DNA of 63,942 bases, filler included, from Rhabdomonas costata (GCA_019059605.1; 53 parts of 53 records of this genome joined end to end with filler, not necessarily neighbours in it), one strand, 5' to 3'. Positions 38,900 to 51,382 are shown, numbered from the whole stretch's first letter. The notes: generated from the sequence alone by a model not told the origin. A program made the numbers and translations.

Positions 38900-39750
38900 A
38901 TGTATAAAATGTGTGATAGTATTTGGCATTCTCATCGTAGACATGATCATACTTGTCGTAAATGCAGTAAATGTGGCAAATGCCATATTTGTATTAAAAT
39001 AATTAGAAATATATCAGATTCTGAATCATCTTCACATCGTCGTCATCATCACCATCATCATTATAATCATGATCATGATCATGAACATATTCATGAAAAT
39101 GATCAAGAACATGAACATAATCACGAATATGGACATACCTGTCAAATTATTAAAAGTTGGAGGTGTTGGACCTCGTGGATTTCCTGGTTTAACTGGTGCT
39201 GCTGGTCCTATTGGACCAACTGGACCCACCGGAGCAACTTGTCCTGCAGGTGCAACTGGTCCTGCAGGAGCTACTGGATTAACTGGAGCTGCAGGAGCTA
39301 CTGGTCCAACTGGTGCAACTGGACCTGCATTTCTAAATACATTTGGATATTTTTATAATATTGATAGTACAACAGGAACTGTTGTTAATGCTGGTTCAAG
39401 TGTTACATTTGCATCAGTTGGTGCTCAAACTGCTGATGTACTTATTGACAATGCCAAACAAAATATTACTTTAGATGTAGGTACATATATATAACATACA
39501 AACTGTTATTTACTGCTTCATCTGATCCTGTAGTTGTTGGTCTTTATAATGTTACATCAAGTTCAGCAATTCAAGTTCTATTAACGGAGGATCTGGTCAA
39601 ACTTCAATTATTGGATCTTGTATTTTTGTTGCTTCTGTTGTAACACAAATTTCATTACGTAATTTATCATCCACTGTTTCATTAACATTAACACCATCTG
39701 GTGCATCTGCATATGTAAATGCTATTCTTTCCATTGTTCGTGTTGCATAA
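38900..39750 (+). pseudogene. Frameshifted His/Cys-rich collagen-like protein with BclA-like C-terminal domain, AT-rich foreign contig
   Basis: His-rich N-terminus, then (Gly-X-Y)n GPTGATGPA repeats, then a C-terminus reconstructed as [10 protein letters not shown]...QGSINGGSG...ISLRN...VNAILSIVRVA*. Needs frame shifts at about 39152-39155, 39488-39492 and 39575. No introns. Confidence 0.8.
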
Positions 39751-42700
39751 GTAAGATATATAAAATAAATTACGTAATGAAATTTGTGTTACAACAAAAC
39801 CCNNNNNNNNNNNNNNNNNNNNNNNNNNNNNNNNNNNNNNNNNNNNTTAATTAATTAANNNNNNNNNNNNNNNNNNNNNNNNNNNNNNNNNNNNNNNNNN
39901 NNTTTTGTGGTGTTCTGTAGCAGAGACGGTACTCAGGAGACGATGAGCGGGTCCCCTGGTTTCGGGGGGGGGGGGTTGCGATGGAAGAACTGCAGGCGGT
40001 TAATGGGATATCACCCCAGAAACCAGAACACAACCCTTCCACTTTCCACCTTCCATCTGTGAGCCAAGAAACAAAAGCGGGAAGAAGAGTGGGTGCACGC
40101 CTGGGCTGCGGAGGATGGAGCCGGGGCCTTCGTGGTGCTGGGGTGCTTCGGGGGAAGGCTGGAGCGGCGGGACATCACACTATCCTGAAGGGCAGGGCTG
40201 CGGGAGCGAGAGCGCGAGCGGGAGGAGCGGAAGCTGGAAGAGGGCTGCCGGGCGTGGGCGTTCCCACCCCGAGGCCGCTCTGGGCTTCCACGGTGGCGCT
40301 GGCCTAAAGTCAGGTAGGCACCCGAGGTATCGAGGTATGCCAACGCGCAAACCAAAGAAGGCTTCCTAATTCCAGGGCTTTTGGGGTGGGGTGACATCGT
40401 CAGCTCGGTCGCAGGACTGGGAACAGCTCCCTCACACGGAATCTCTCTATGCCACTACAACAGTGCTGGTAATGGTGGGATTGCTGGGCTGGACTGACCG
40501 CTGAACCCCTCATCGGGTTTGCCACCACAACAATCCGGTTGGGTCACAGCAGCAGCACGGTGAGCTTCTACCGGCGGTTAGCTGACCGAGCCAGCCTATT
40601 TTACCATGCTATAGTATAACCGGTATTACACCGATTACATACACATGTATACTCCGCATACTATCTCACCCCATAATAAATCCTTATCCTATCATAACCT
40701 CATCATCGATCTCATATTTTCTCGCCTGACCTTGCCCAATACAATGTACATTCTGATGTGTTCAGTCAGCAAATGATGGACCACTGCCGAAATCGAGCCC
40801 TTTCATCACCGATGCTGGCAAACGATTCCGAATCCCCCACCTCCACACCGCATCTCAAGGAACACAACAGAGTTGCTTTGTTGCCTTGGGCTTGGGCTGC
40901 CCAGTGCTCTCCTCCTCACCAAACATGAGCAGTGAGAGCCCGAGCCTGACCTGAGGGCTTCCGAGCAGCGCCCGTCTCCTCCCCAATGTCCTCCTCCAAA
41001 AACCCAACACNNNNNNNNNNNNNNNNNNNNNNNNNNNNNNNNNNNNNNNNNNNNTTAATTAATTAANNNNNNNNNNNNNNNNNNNNNNNNNNNNNNNNNN
41101 NNNNNNNNNNAAAGCGAACGTGGAAGAAAAACGAAGAAACCCTAACGAAACAGTGCCTTCCCAGGTGTCAGCACTGTTCAGCGAAAGTTCACAACAGCAA
41201 ACAACATAAGGTACGTTACTTCCCGAAACTCAGAATTTAGTGTTTTTATTAGGGGCTTGTTTTTTTTTGAAAGCCGGCCCTTTACTGCGAGCTTGCGAGC
41301 TTCAATGCCAAAGACCGGAAAGGGAAAAATGGGGAAAGGCGGTCTCTAATGCCGCTCGCTAATACCAGATTCAAAAGAAACACAAAATACGCGAGGACTG
41401 CTGAAAAGGGAAGGGACCGCGGTGGAACTCGAAGATGCCAACGCGTGGAACAAACAAACAAACAAACAACCCAAAACCCCATCAACCAACCTGCTAACTC
41501 ACTAGCAGGCTGTCGTTTACCATGAGGGATGGGGGGGGGCGGGTGCTTAACAGGTCCATCTCCTTCGGGGAAGAGTCCGGCTAGTCGCCCGGAAATGGTG
41601 ACAACCACAGGACCCCGGCCTGTGAATAAGCTGCCCTAGCTGCCAAGCCACGAGCAAAATTGAAAAAGAAAAAAAAATTCTAGGCATACCCTTCCACTCC
41701 CCAGCGGCCGAGAAGGAATTCCTATGTGAGGAGCCGCCTCAAGCAGCGCAAATTTCTGAACGCCTGCGGCGGTTCCCGCCTCAAGTCGCCCTCACGTTGC
41801 ATAGTGTTGAAAAACCCAAAGAATGCAGATAAAAGTACACCCCCTTTACCTACTTCACTTTAGATATTCAAAAATTAGAATAACCGCACGGAAATGATGC
41901 AAAACAGACAATTCAGACAATTTATAGGACTCTTAAAAAGTCGCAGTTGACACTTGTGTGTACATATATAATTTTCTTTCATGGGTGGTAAAAAAGGAAG
42001 TTACAAGTTAAGGCAAGTCACAAGCGCAGGTTCTTTTACGAGAGGGGGGGGGCATTTGCCCCGACAAGCACAAAAAGACAGTTACCGTGAGCGCACCCAT
42101 TCTCCCCTCGAACGGTTTGTAAGCTTTTATTGTGCGTCAGAATCAATGTGGCGGTGTAAAACCACGAAACCTTTGTTGTTTCCTTGTTTCCGGAAACTTC
42201 AGTTTTTCCAACCCACACNNNNNNNNNNNNNNNNNNNNNNNNNNNNNNNNNNNNNNNNNNNNTTAATTAATTAANNNNNNNNNNNNNNNNNNNNNNNNNN
42301 NNNNNNNNNNNNNNNNNNGTTTTTGTGTGAATATTAAAGAAAGCACATCTCCGACATTGTCTGATTGGTTCCATGGCATCAACTTTAGTTGATTCTGTGC
42401 ACACAAATTACTTTTGTTTATGGATCTCGGTCACATCAGTTGGTGGCTTGAACGTTTGAACGAGAGAATAACCGGAGAGAATACGTTCACAATCAAGGAA
42501 TGACTTATTTATCTTAATTCATACTTGGAGCTTGTGTAAACTCCCATGAGCGCGCACTGGCATCTGAGTTCGGCAACGGGGCGACTTGATCGTAAGATAA
42601 TTTATCCTCAGATCTCCCTCAACTAACATGACCATGAAGACGATGATCCACTTCCATAGGTAGATTAGGGCCTGGAATTAGAACTGTCCAGAAACGGCGC

Positions 42701-44734
42701 GCAAAAATTAAGCTTTATAATATCCCTTCTCACCTACAACGCGTCCTTCTTAAACGTTGGTTTCGACTGGTTACGACGTTTTGGAGACAAACACACTTAT
42801 CCGCCCAACAATGTCGATGCAAGCGTTGCCGCCGCTTTTGGGCAAAATGGGCACGCGGCTCCTTCCTTTGAAGTGGCGGTGGTGGTCATAACGGATGAGG
42901 ACATTGGACCAAAATAAATTAATGGTGTTGCGGGACTCCGGATGTTAAGGCACACGCAGCGTACCCACCCAGAAAAAACGACAGCCACACAGGATCAGGA
43001 AAAAAGACCACACAAAACCACATCGCAAGCAAAATCTCGGCTTCCACATAAAGAGAGGTACTGACCAAAAACCAGGGGGAAGGCAGGGCGACGAGGAAAA
43101 AAGGCAAAATAAAGAACCATTGGGCGCGGGTGGAGGACGTATCTTGTCGAAATGTCGCTCAAGCACCTTGGCAGAATGAAAGGGTGACTTGATCATAATG
43201 GCCTTCTAAGCGTCAATGCGCCGAAACATGGCGTGGGCGCATTAAACCCGAAGCCAAATTTGCTGATTCTGCCCCGCGGGAAAGGTCTCTAGGCGTCCGG
43301 GTATCATTCTGTCCCAGGGATAAGCGCGTTGTCGGATTTTTTCACCGCCTTTCGAATGTGAGCGGGGTCGCACGTGGAGCGATAATGCGGATGTGCGTTC
43401 GCCATTTAGAACGTCACCCCAACACCNNNNNNNNNNNNNNNNNNNNNNNNNNNNNNNNNNNNNNNNNNNNTTAATTAATTAANNNNNNNNNNNNNNNNNN
43501 NNNNNNNNNNNNNNNNNNNNNNNNNNTTTGTTTGGGTTGTGGGGGTCGGGGAGGGGGTTGCTCTCTTATATCTGTCCGCTGCGCTGAGCTGTGAGAGAGC
43601 CACTAATGTGAATATGGGTCGCCATAGACGTTCTCCAAGACCTCTTTTAGAATTCTGTTTGGGAGGGCTTTGCCTTTATCTAAAAAGTGTGAACTGAAAC
43701 GTTTCCGAAAAAGGACAGCACTTGGACTTGCAAAGGTTAGGAGATTGAGACCGGATGATTCCATGCTTCACATCTGTTGTCCTGAAAGTGGCTGTGCCTT
43801 TGCCTGAGTTTTTTGTACAGTTCTTTCTCATATCGCTGTTCTGTTTTGAACGTTTCTGAATGCACAAAAAAGCATAGGTTTAAGCTAATTCTACTACGTC
43901 TCACTATGTCTTTCTTTTAAGATCACGCAGGCCACATGATGCTGCGGAACCCGCACCCGCTGAGTGCAGAGTTGCCGCGATGTGTTGTGCTTGTGCTTTG
44001 TCGAGTTGCATCCATGTGTGTGCCAGGCGGAGAAGTACGGTCAGCCCTACAAGCAGAAATGGCTGCAGGCGAACGAACGCTTTCTGGGGTCCGACCGGCT
44101 GGACGCTGCTCTGAAGGAGCAGGATAGCTGGGAAAAGGTCCCGTGACATTTCTTTCCGCGCCGCAGTTACGTGTTTTTCCTATTCCTGTCAGTTTGTACC
44201 CTCACTATCCTTTTCCTGGCATACGGACTCTTCTCCGCGGTTTTGTTGCTTGCCTTTTCTTTGCCTAACACCACACTGGACAACCTGTGCCTGTGCGGCA
44301 AGTGATGTTTGGTTCAGCGCATATACATTCAACTACAGCGCATGTACCTTCAACTAGGGATCCCATTCATGGACTCGCAAACGAACTTCGAATTTTGCGA
44401 ATTTCTGCGAGCCGAGGGCAAAAACTACTAATGTGGGCTTCCCGCGTCGACTTCCTTTTGCGCATGCCCGCTGGTCACACTGTCACGCCCTTGCACGACT
44501 TTGCCTCGCAGGATTTTTCTGCGAAGCGGAAGTTGGAAGCTGAGCCGTTTGCCGAGAGCTCCCAGAAGAAGAAAAGTATGCCAGTCAACAGCGTCTCTTT
44601 GCGTGTGAACTTCATCCACATGGTCACCAACACANNNNNNNNNNNNNNNNNNNNNNNNNNNNNNNNNNNNNNNNNNNNTTAATTAATTAANNNNNNNNNN
44701 NNNNNNNNNNNNNNNNNNNNNNNNNNNNNNNNNN

Positions 44735-45029
44735 TGTCCTGCACCAGAAACTGAACCCCTCCTTGAGTGCCCTCCCCTGCGGAAACTTTGATGCAAATGC
44801 TCCCTGTTGTGGTGAACTTCGCACTGTTGGAGACCAAGTTGGGGAGGATTTGGCGGATCCGCGTGGGGTCCCCGGTGAAGGACAGGCTGGCGTCGCCCTC
44901 CACCAGGCCCTTCACCCCGGGCTTGAGCTGCTGCCGGTACAGGTTCATCACGGACTGCGCCACCTCCGTTACTGCGACCGGGAGGGATTCCAGCTTGATC
45001 TTTTGGGCCTCCAGCTTGAAGAAGTCAAG
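44735..45029 (-). CDS. Sensor histidine kinase exon (HisKA end to G1 box)
   Basis: LDFFKLEAQKIKLE...FTGDPTRIRQILPNLVSNSAKFTTTGSICIKV...VQFLVQD. Confidence 0.93.
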
Positions 45030-46379
45030 CTGAATCAGAGAAAGCACGTAGTTCCCTTATTAACAAGGGAGCCAGCGTTGAGCGGTCGAGCTCAGTCGAA
45101 AATAATGGGCGGTGGCTTGGTGCATTTCAGCTGGATTGAGACAAAAAGGGATATAGATGCGGGTTTCATTTTCAATTGCAAAACCCGCCTGGATCTTTCT
45201 GCAGGGTATACAGGTAAGGTGAATGTCTCCATTGATGATCCACATCACCCTTCACGCTCTGCATAAGCGGCGGTGAGTGCATCTCGTTGCGCCATACCGC
45301 AGAAATGTTGACTATCACTGTATGATGATGAATGCCTGCCCAAAATACGTCCACCTTCATGTGTGCTACTCTCTTTTCTCCCGTACCCTCGTCCTCGTGC
45401 TGCTGCTTTGCTGGACTTTGGACACCAACGATTTTGAATTTTCCTTTCGTGCTATCAGTGAACACTGTTTATGACCATCAATCAACCAAGACAAAAAATG
45501 CCCCCACCACGATAGCGTCAACTCTAATAGCCACGAAGAACCACACCAGAAGCACAACCAAAAATCCAAATATGCCTGTACCTTTTCCCAGCAACGGTGG
45601 TAAGAATGAATTGCCTTCTCGCTAAAGATTTTATAACAATTCTATGAATATTCACAATGACCCTGTGCTCACATGCGCTCAGCATCTGTCTACGTTAGGC
45701 CTTGAACCAGGGCAAACGAATACAACAGTGACAAAAACAAATTCGTCTGAACACACCAACACTGACCCCAGCCATATGTCCAACTCACCCTCAAGATAAA
45801 AGACACACATTACTTACAAAAAACATCAATAAAAAAACAAAACANNNNNNNNNNNNNNNNNNNNNNNNNNNNNNNNNNNNNNNNNNNNTTAATTAATTAA
45901 NNNNNNNNNNNNNNNNNNNNNNNNNNNNNNNNNNNNNNNNNNNNTGTTTGTGGGCGCATGCGTTGATTTCGTCGTTTGGTTTTTAGTCGGTCAGATGTGC
46001 TTGCGGGTTTTTTCACCCCTTGCTTTTTCCGATTCTCTTCCCCGTAGTCCTCATCCTCGATTTCCTGTGAGACCATTTGTCAGGGTGTCAAGGTTGTGCG
46101 CCTCCCCTCCGCGAACTACAGCAGAAGATTAGGAGATGGCTGCTTTTCCAGCGCGGAGGGAAAAACGTGTTGCTTCTTGGATTTGTTACATGTGCAACTA
46201 TTCCCTGTGCCTGTCAGAAATAATGTGGGGTTTTTCTCATATTCCAAATGTCACATGGCGATTCTGACGGCGTTGTAAAGTTTTTCATCCTTTACGTTAT
46301 CGGTAGAATATCCTGACACATTTACGCTGTTTGGCAAGCTCGACCTTACGACCTTTGGCATCTGTAACTCTTCATGCAG

Positions 46380-46935
46380 GCATTTGTGGGGGCCATCACA
46401 TCGGTTGGGAAGGCAGCGCAGGAGCGGGCCCAGCAGATGGCCCAGGCCGCCGAGCAGGCCCGCGAGCTTCTGAGGTCCAAGGAGATGTTCTTCGCCATGG
46501 TGAGCCATGAGATGAGGACTCCCCTGACAACGTGCATTGGGATGGCCGAGGAATGTGGCCTGCGGAGCCTGTCTGTTCCCCCCTTGTTCGCACTATCTTA
46601 TTTCGCACGTAAAACGCGCTATCCTTTGTGTCGTCATTTCACATGGACAGCAACACAAGCACGTGAACAAACAAACACCGAGCATCTTTTTGGTGGTCGG
46701 AGCTCCTGCTTCGACGGCTTTCAACCGATTTCCTAACGTGTAATTACGGAGTACATTGGTTCAGTTCTGATGTGATACGTCAGATTCCGCTTGGCCCTTG
46801 CGTTGCCATCTTATTTTTTCTTTCGCGCAGATTCTGCTGGAGACCACCGCGCTGGATCCAAAACAGAGAGAATGTACCCACTCCATCAGCTGCAGCGGGA
46901 GTGCGCTGCTCTCCCAGATTAACGATTTGCTGGAC
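46380..46935 (+). CDS. Sensor histidine kinase HisKA domain (2 exons)
   Basis: Exon 46380-46550 RSKEMFFAMVSHEMRTPLTTCIGMAE (H-box) and exon 46831-46935 ILLETTALDPKQRECTHSISCSGSALLSQINDLLD. Confidence 0.93.
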
Positions 46936-47152
46936 GTGTGTGCATCCACCCCCCCTTCCCTTCCCTTTCGTCCGCCAGTGTTTTGCAATTCCATATGCGT
47001 AGGCACGGTCGCTACCTAATATCTCACACGGAGAAAGGATGGGGTTTGGGACNNNNNNNNNNNNNNNNNNNNNNNNNNNNNNNNNNNNNNNNNNNNTTAA
47101 TTAATTAANNNNNNNNNNNNNNNNNNNNNNNNNNNNNNNNNNNNNNNNNNNN

Positions 47153-48219
47153 CCCCTTTTGTTGTCCCCTGTGGCGTGGCTGCTGCTGAGAGAAAGGTGC
47201 TTGAGCAGCGCCACCGCGTGCTCACCCTGCAACCCATGGTGTGGCGGAAAGCCTTCTCTGGATGGGTGGTCCCCATCTCAAGACAAAGCGGCTGCGGCGG
47301 TGGAAAAGACTTTTTTGCGGGTCATACCCCATCGGGTCTTCTGGAGCCTGGTGCATCCTTGAGGTCGCTGTGGGGAGAACCCAGGGTCGACCTGGCCGAA
47401 TCGCCCGCACCCCAGCCTGGAGATTTAGCGGAGAAGGCCCATGCCGGGATGCTGGAGGAAGAGTATGATTTTTTGCGACAAGCGGAGGCCGTTCCCGCTT
47501 CAACTGCCGCCGCTGAACATCCGCCTAGCCCCGCTGAGGGTGCCCAGCGCGAGGGCAGAAAGGAGACTTCGCAGGTTAGGCAGAAGGATTCATGCGATGC
47601 CGCTGCTGATGGTGGCTGTTTTCCGGATTACGATGCAAAACTGAGGGCCTGGTTCATGCTAAGTGATTCGGCGAAAACACGGTGGAACGACCTCGAGGCT
47701 ATGGCGCAGCGGTTCCGGGTGAACGCCGCTCTGGCAGATGTTTTGCCTTCCACTGCCTCGGCTTTGAGTGACTCTTGGCTCAGACACATGTTGAGCGGAG
47801 AGCTCTCGGAGTGCAGCTCGGAAAGCGATGAGCTTACTGAGGATGAGTTGCACTCCCTCAGGGTTCGACGGGCGTTCCGCCAAAAGCTGCAGAGACTTGA
47901 GCTGGCCGTTGAGTCGGTGCCTCGCAGATTAGATGGGGAGCCGAACTCGGAGGAGGTATTTTTCTTTCATTCGGATTCCCGCAGTGCCGCGAGTGGAGCG
48001 GTTGCTTCCTCTCCCGCCTGCTTCTTGTTTCTGTTGTAGGATTACGCTCTCCGAAGGCTCAACATCTCCTGTGACAGCAGCCAGAAGTACTCTCTGCAGG
48101 AGGAGGAGGAAGTATCTCTATATCTTTGACTTCTTTACAATTGAGCTTCTTTTCGGGTTTGCAGTTGTTTTTTCGTCCCTTGGATACAGGACTCTGAGCT
48201 GGAGCATTCTGTGGTGGCG
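47153..48219 (+). CDS. Multi-exon fragment, unknown protein
   Basis: Long open frame to 47955 (GT donor), exon 48040-48111 DYALRRLNISCDSSQKYSLQEEEE, and a next exon from 48190 cut by a fold-back. Confidence 0.6.
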
Positions 48220-48252
48220 CAGGAGATGTTGAGCCTTCGGAGAGCGTAATCC
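48039..48252. repeat. Terminal inverted repeat (33-bp arms), probable amplification fold-back
   Basis: 48039-48071 is the reverse complement of 48220-48252, at the contig end. Confidence 0.88.
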
Positions 48253-48832
48253 AACAAACCNNNNNNNNNNNNNNNNNNNNNNNNNNNNNNNNNNNNNNNN
48301 NNNNTTAATTAATTAANNNNNNNNNNNNNNNNNNNNNNNNNNNNNNNNNNNNNNNNNNNNGTTTTGGTGTCAGGCGGGTGCGCAGTGAAAATGGATGGGC
48401 CGGACTCGCCTGGGTCGTCCCCAAGACGAGTGGTGACCTCCATCCCGCTTGTCGCCGATGTAATTCCTGCTCAGGAACGTGTGCAGACTTTGGGTTGCAA
48501 GAAAGAAAGGGGTTTGAAATAACGAAAAGAAAAACAACGATATGACACGAATTGGAATGCGTGATTATGTGGACCTTTTTATCTGGCAAAAGAGAGTTGT
48601 CCTCGCCCGACCGAACAATGTCAACAATCCAACACCTCTTCAGTGAAGCATGGTTCTCTTCTTTTTGCACGCACACCTCACGCCATGGTTGCAATACCTT
48701 CATCTCGCAAAAACACAAACTCAGTACCTCTTTTCAATTCCCTTGTGACACTCCTGCTTGTGTTCTTCTGAAGACGATGGGTGTCGATGGGATTGGATGT
48801 TGATGTCGTCTCTCTGTCTTCCCCGCGTTCAG

Positions 48833-49084
48833 AGCTCACAGGCAGACACATCCAGGGGGCGTGTCGACGTTTTTATGTCCTTTGTGGATGAGTTCGCTGC
48901 AAAGCACCGCCTGTGCACTGTGGGGCTGCAGTACTTCAGCGTTGAGACAACTGTGGACTTGTATTCGCCTCGCCCCATCTTCCCCGCTCCTTCCACAACG
49001 CTGTGCCCCTCTCCAATCAGGAAAGAGCCATACTCAGTTCCCAGGCCCCACCGTACCGATCGTACCCAGCAGGCTCCAGCTTAA
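48833..49084 (+). CDS. Terminal exon, possibly PEBP-family C-terminus
   Basis: RGRVDVFMSFVDEFAAKHRLCTVGLQYFSVE loosely resembles the PEBP C-terminal R..F....FA.K..L..VG..YF pattern. CAG acceptor. Confidence 0.3.
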   Translation, partial: SSQADTSRGRVDVFMSFVDEFAAKHRLCTVGLQYFSVETTVDLYSPRPIFPAPSTTLCPSPIRKEPYSVPRPHRTDRTQQAPA

Positions 49085-49569
49085 TGGACGGATTTATGAG
49101 GTGAAGAGCCGCTACGGCCGTCAGCCGCCACGGAGGCGGAGACGGAGACGGAACCCAATCATGGGATTGGAATTTATGGTGGATGTTGCTGGGTGGTGAC
49201 GTGTGACACGACGACACAGACGTTTAGAACCTAAAAACATTCATTGGTATTCCTCCTTAAATCTTCCTGTTCTCAATAAAGCACCATTGTCTCTAAGGGC
49301 GAAAGGTCCTTGCATTCCATTTCCGAGTTGATGCCGAATTGATCCTTCTGCTGCTGCTGCGCTTCTTCTTTGCGTTTTCGTTGCGTTTCTTGCGGATGCC
49401 GTTCATGGTGGTGATGGTGATGCTCATGGACCCACCCCTCACCCCCATGAACGGCATCCACAACAAACNNNNNNNNNNNNNNNNNNNNNNNNNNNNNNNN
49501 NNNNNNNNNNNNTTAATTAATTAANNNNNNNNNNNNNNNNNNNNNNNNNNNNNNNNNNNNNNNNNNNNC

Positions 49570-50420
49570 CACTTGACGTGGTGCAGCCCTGCCAATCAGA
49601 CCTTCTTCCACACCCGTGGGGTGGCCCAGAGCATGGCCACCCTGCTGGTGCAAGCCTACGCCTTTCTCCGGCGCTTCGTGCCTGCCCCTGCGGGGACCTC
49701 CCCTGCAGCGGAGCAGCCCTCCTCCCTTCCCGCAGTTCTCGCCGTGGATTGCACGGAGCAGCTGTTGGGGCGAAGGGTTCGTGTCTGTATGTGGTGGGCT
49801 GCCTGTTTGTGGATGCAGATGTAAATATGGGGGCCACGGACTGCATGGAAAAAGACAGCTTTTTAGAAAAGACATTGGTCTATCTCCAAATCTTTGCAAT
49901 CTTAACGTCTTCGCGTGCTCGAGTGCATAAGAGAAATTGACCCACATGTATAGATGTCGGAGATTATGTATTCCAGCTTCTTTTCGGCACACATTCAACC
50001 TCCGACAGAGGTCCCGCGACAGAGAGGAGCTGTGAAATGGACCCCTTTCGCGTTCTTTGTAAGACAGCGCTGCAACTTCATGTGTTTGCGGCAGGAGGGT
50101 GTTTTTCTCTTTCTTTCCAGCAGTAAAAGACCTCGACCCTCAAAAAGAAGGGTCTTTAATAAATAGCAAATCAAACAAAAAATTGACATGCACAGCCGGT
50201 TTCCCTTGTGGTTTTTATATGTCATGGTACCCCCCGTACCTCCTTGGGCTTTAGCTCCTGGAAAGGCGTCCCAATCCCTACCCTTCCGCCACGTCAGGTG
50301 CACCGCCGCAGCTTTGTGGAGCTGTACTCAACGTACTACCAGCAGGCAATGTACACCCTGCTCACCTTGGCCAATGTGGCCCACCAGAACGGGCCCATCC
50401 AGCGCGCCGTCGCCTCGCAG
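49570..50420 (+). CDS. Helical (ARM-like) protein fragment, 2 exons
   Basis: LTWCSPANQTFFHTRGVAQSMATLL...LLGRR|GT, then AG|VHRRSFVELYSTYYQQAMYTLLTLANVAHQNGPIQRAVAS. GC3-rich. Confidence 0.5.
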
Positions 50421-51382
50421 TGGGTGGCCATCACCACCTCCGCGCGGCCGCCCAGTGCAGTCGGGTCCCCTGTGGAGGCCTCCTCCACCGAGCAGCCATC
50501 CTCGGCCCCGTTCCCGCTGCTTCAGGCACCTGCTCATTTTTACTGCCGTAGCTTACAGCCACCTTCGAAAATCCACACGTTCCCCGTAGCTGGGCATTTT
50601 CTGGGACATATCGTAAATTCAATCGGATTCGGCGACCAGCTCACAAAACAAAAGCTGATTCTTTCTTCGGAGGCAGNNNNNNNNNNNNNNNNNNNNNNNN
50701 NNNNNNNNNNNNNNNNNNNNTTAATTAATTAANNNNNNNNNNNNNNNNNNNNNNNNNNNNNNNNNNNNNNNNNNNNGGGGGTGGGGGTGTTAGAGCTACC
50801 CAGATGCTTGGACACTCATCTGAGACTGCTGCGTGGCCAAAGGTGGTGCAAATACTGACCACGTTCTGGGGTAAGTGAAGGAGTTCCAGTGGCGTAACAA
50901 TATGGGCAACGCTGAAGCTGTGTGAACATATTTGTGACGGTTATTTCCAGTAGACTGACTTCGTATTCGTCTTGCAGGGGGTTAGGGAGCCATGCCTACC
51001 ACCCATAGGAGCCTTCAGGATGCGTTTAATGGGGTTAGGAAGCCTTCCCAGGGGGCGGGGGAACCTACCCTCTTTTCTGGGTACACTGCCGAAGTAATGC
51101 AAGATAAACGTATCTCGGTAGATGGGAAAGTGACGACCTCAAACCTCCAGAAGCCTGGAAGTTGAACACGACAATTGCGCCTTTCTGTGGTAAATGAATT
51201 TTACACAAGGTGCTAGGAAGTCATTAACGAAGGTAGGGGTAGCTGGGCGGTGAGAAAATAAATAGGATGCATTTTGTCAGGGCATCGGAAACTGAAGTCC
51301 ACGCATCATAGCTCACCGTGGCTTGCGAGAAAAGGAGCCAAAAAGGGACAAGCAGGGGGACGGGGCGAGGCTGCCCGCGCAC

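Noticed and set aside
46551-46830. Euglenid non-conventional (stem-forming, CAG...CTG) intron
   Set aside because: No CAG at +4-6, no CTG at -8 to -6 and no obvious end pairing. It has a normal pyrimidine tract + CAG. No convincing non-conventional intron was found in the window.
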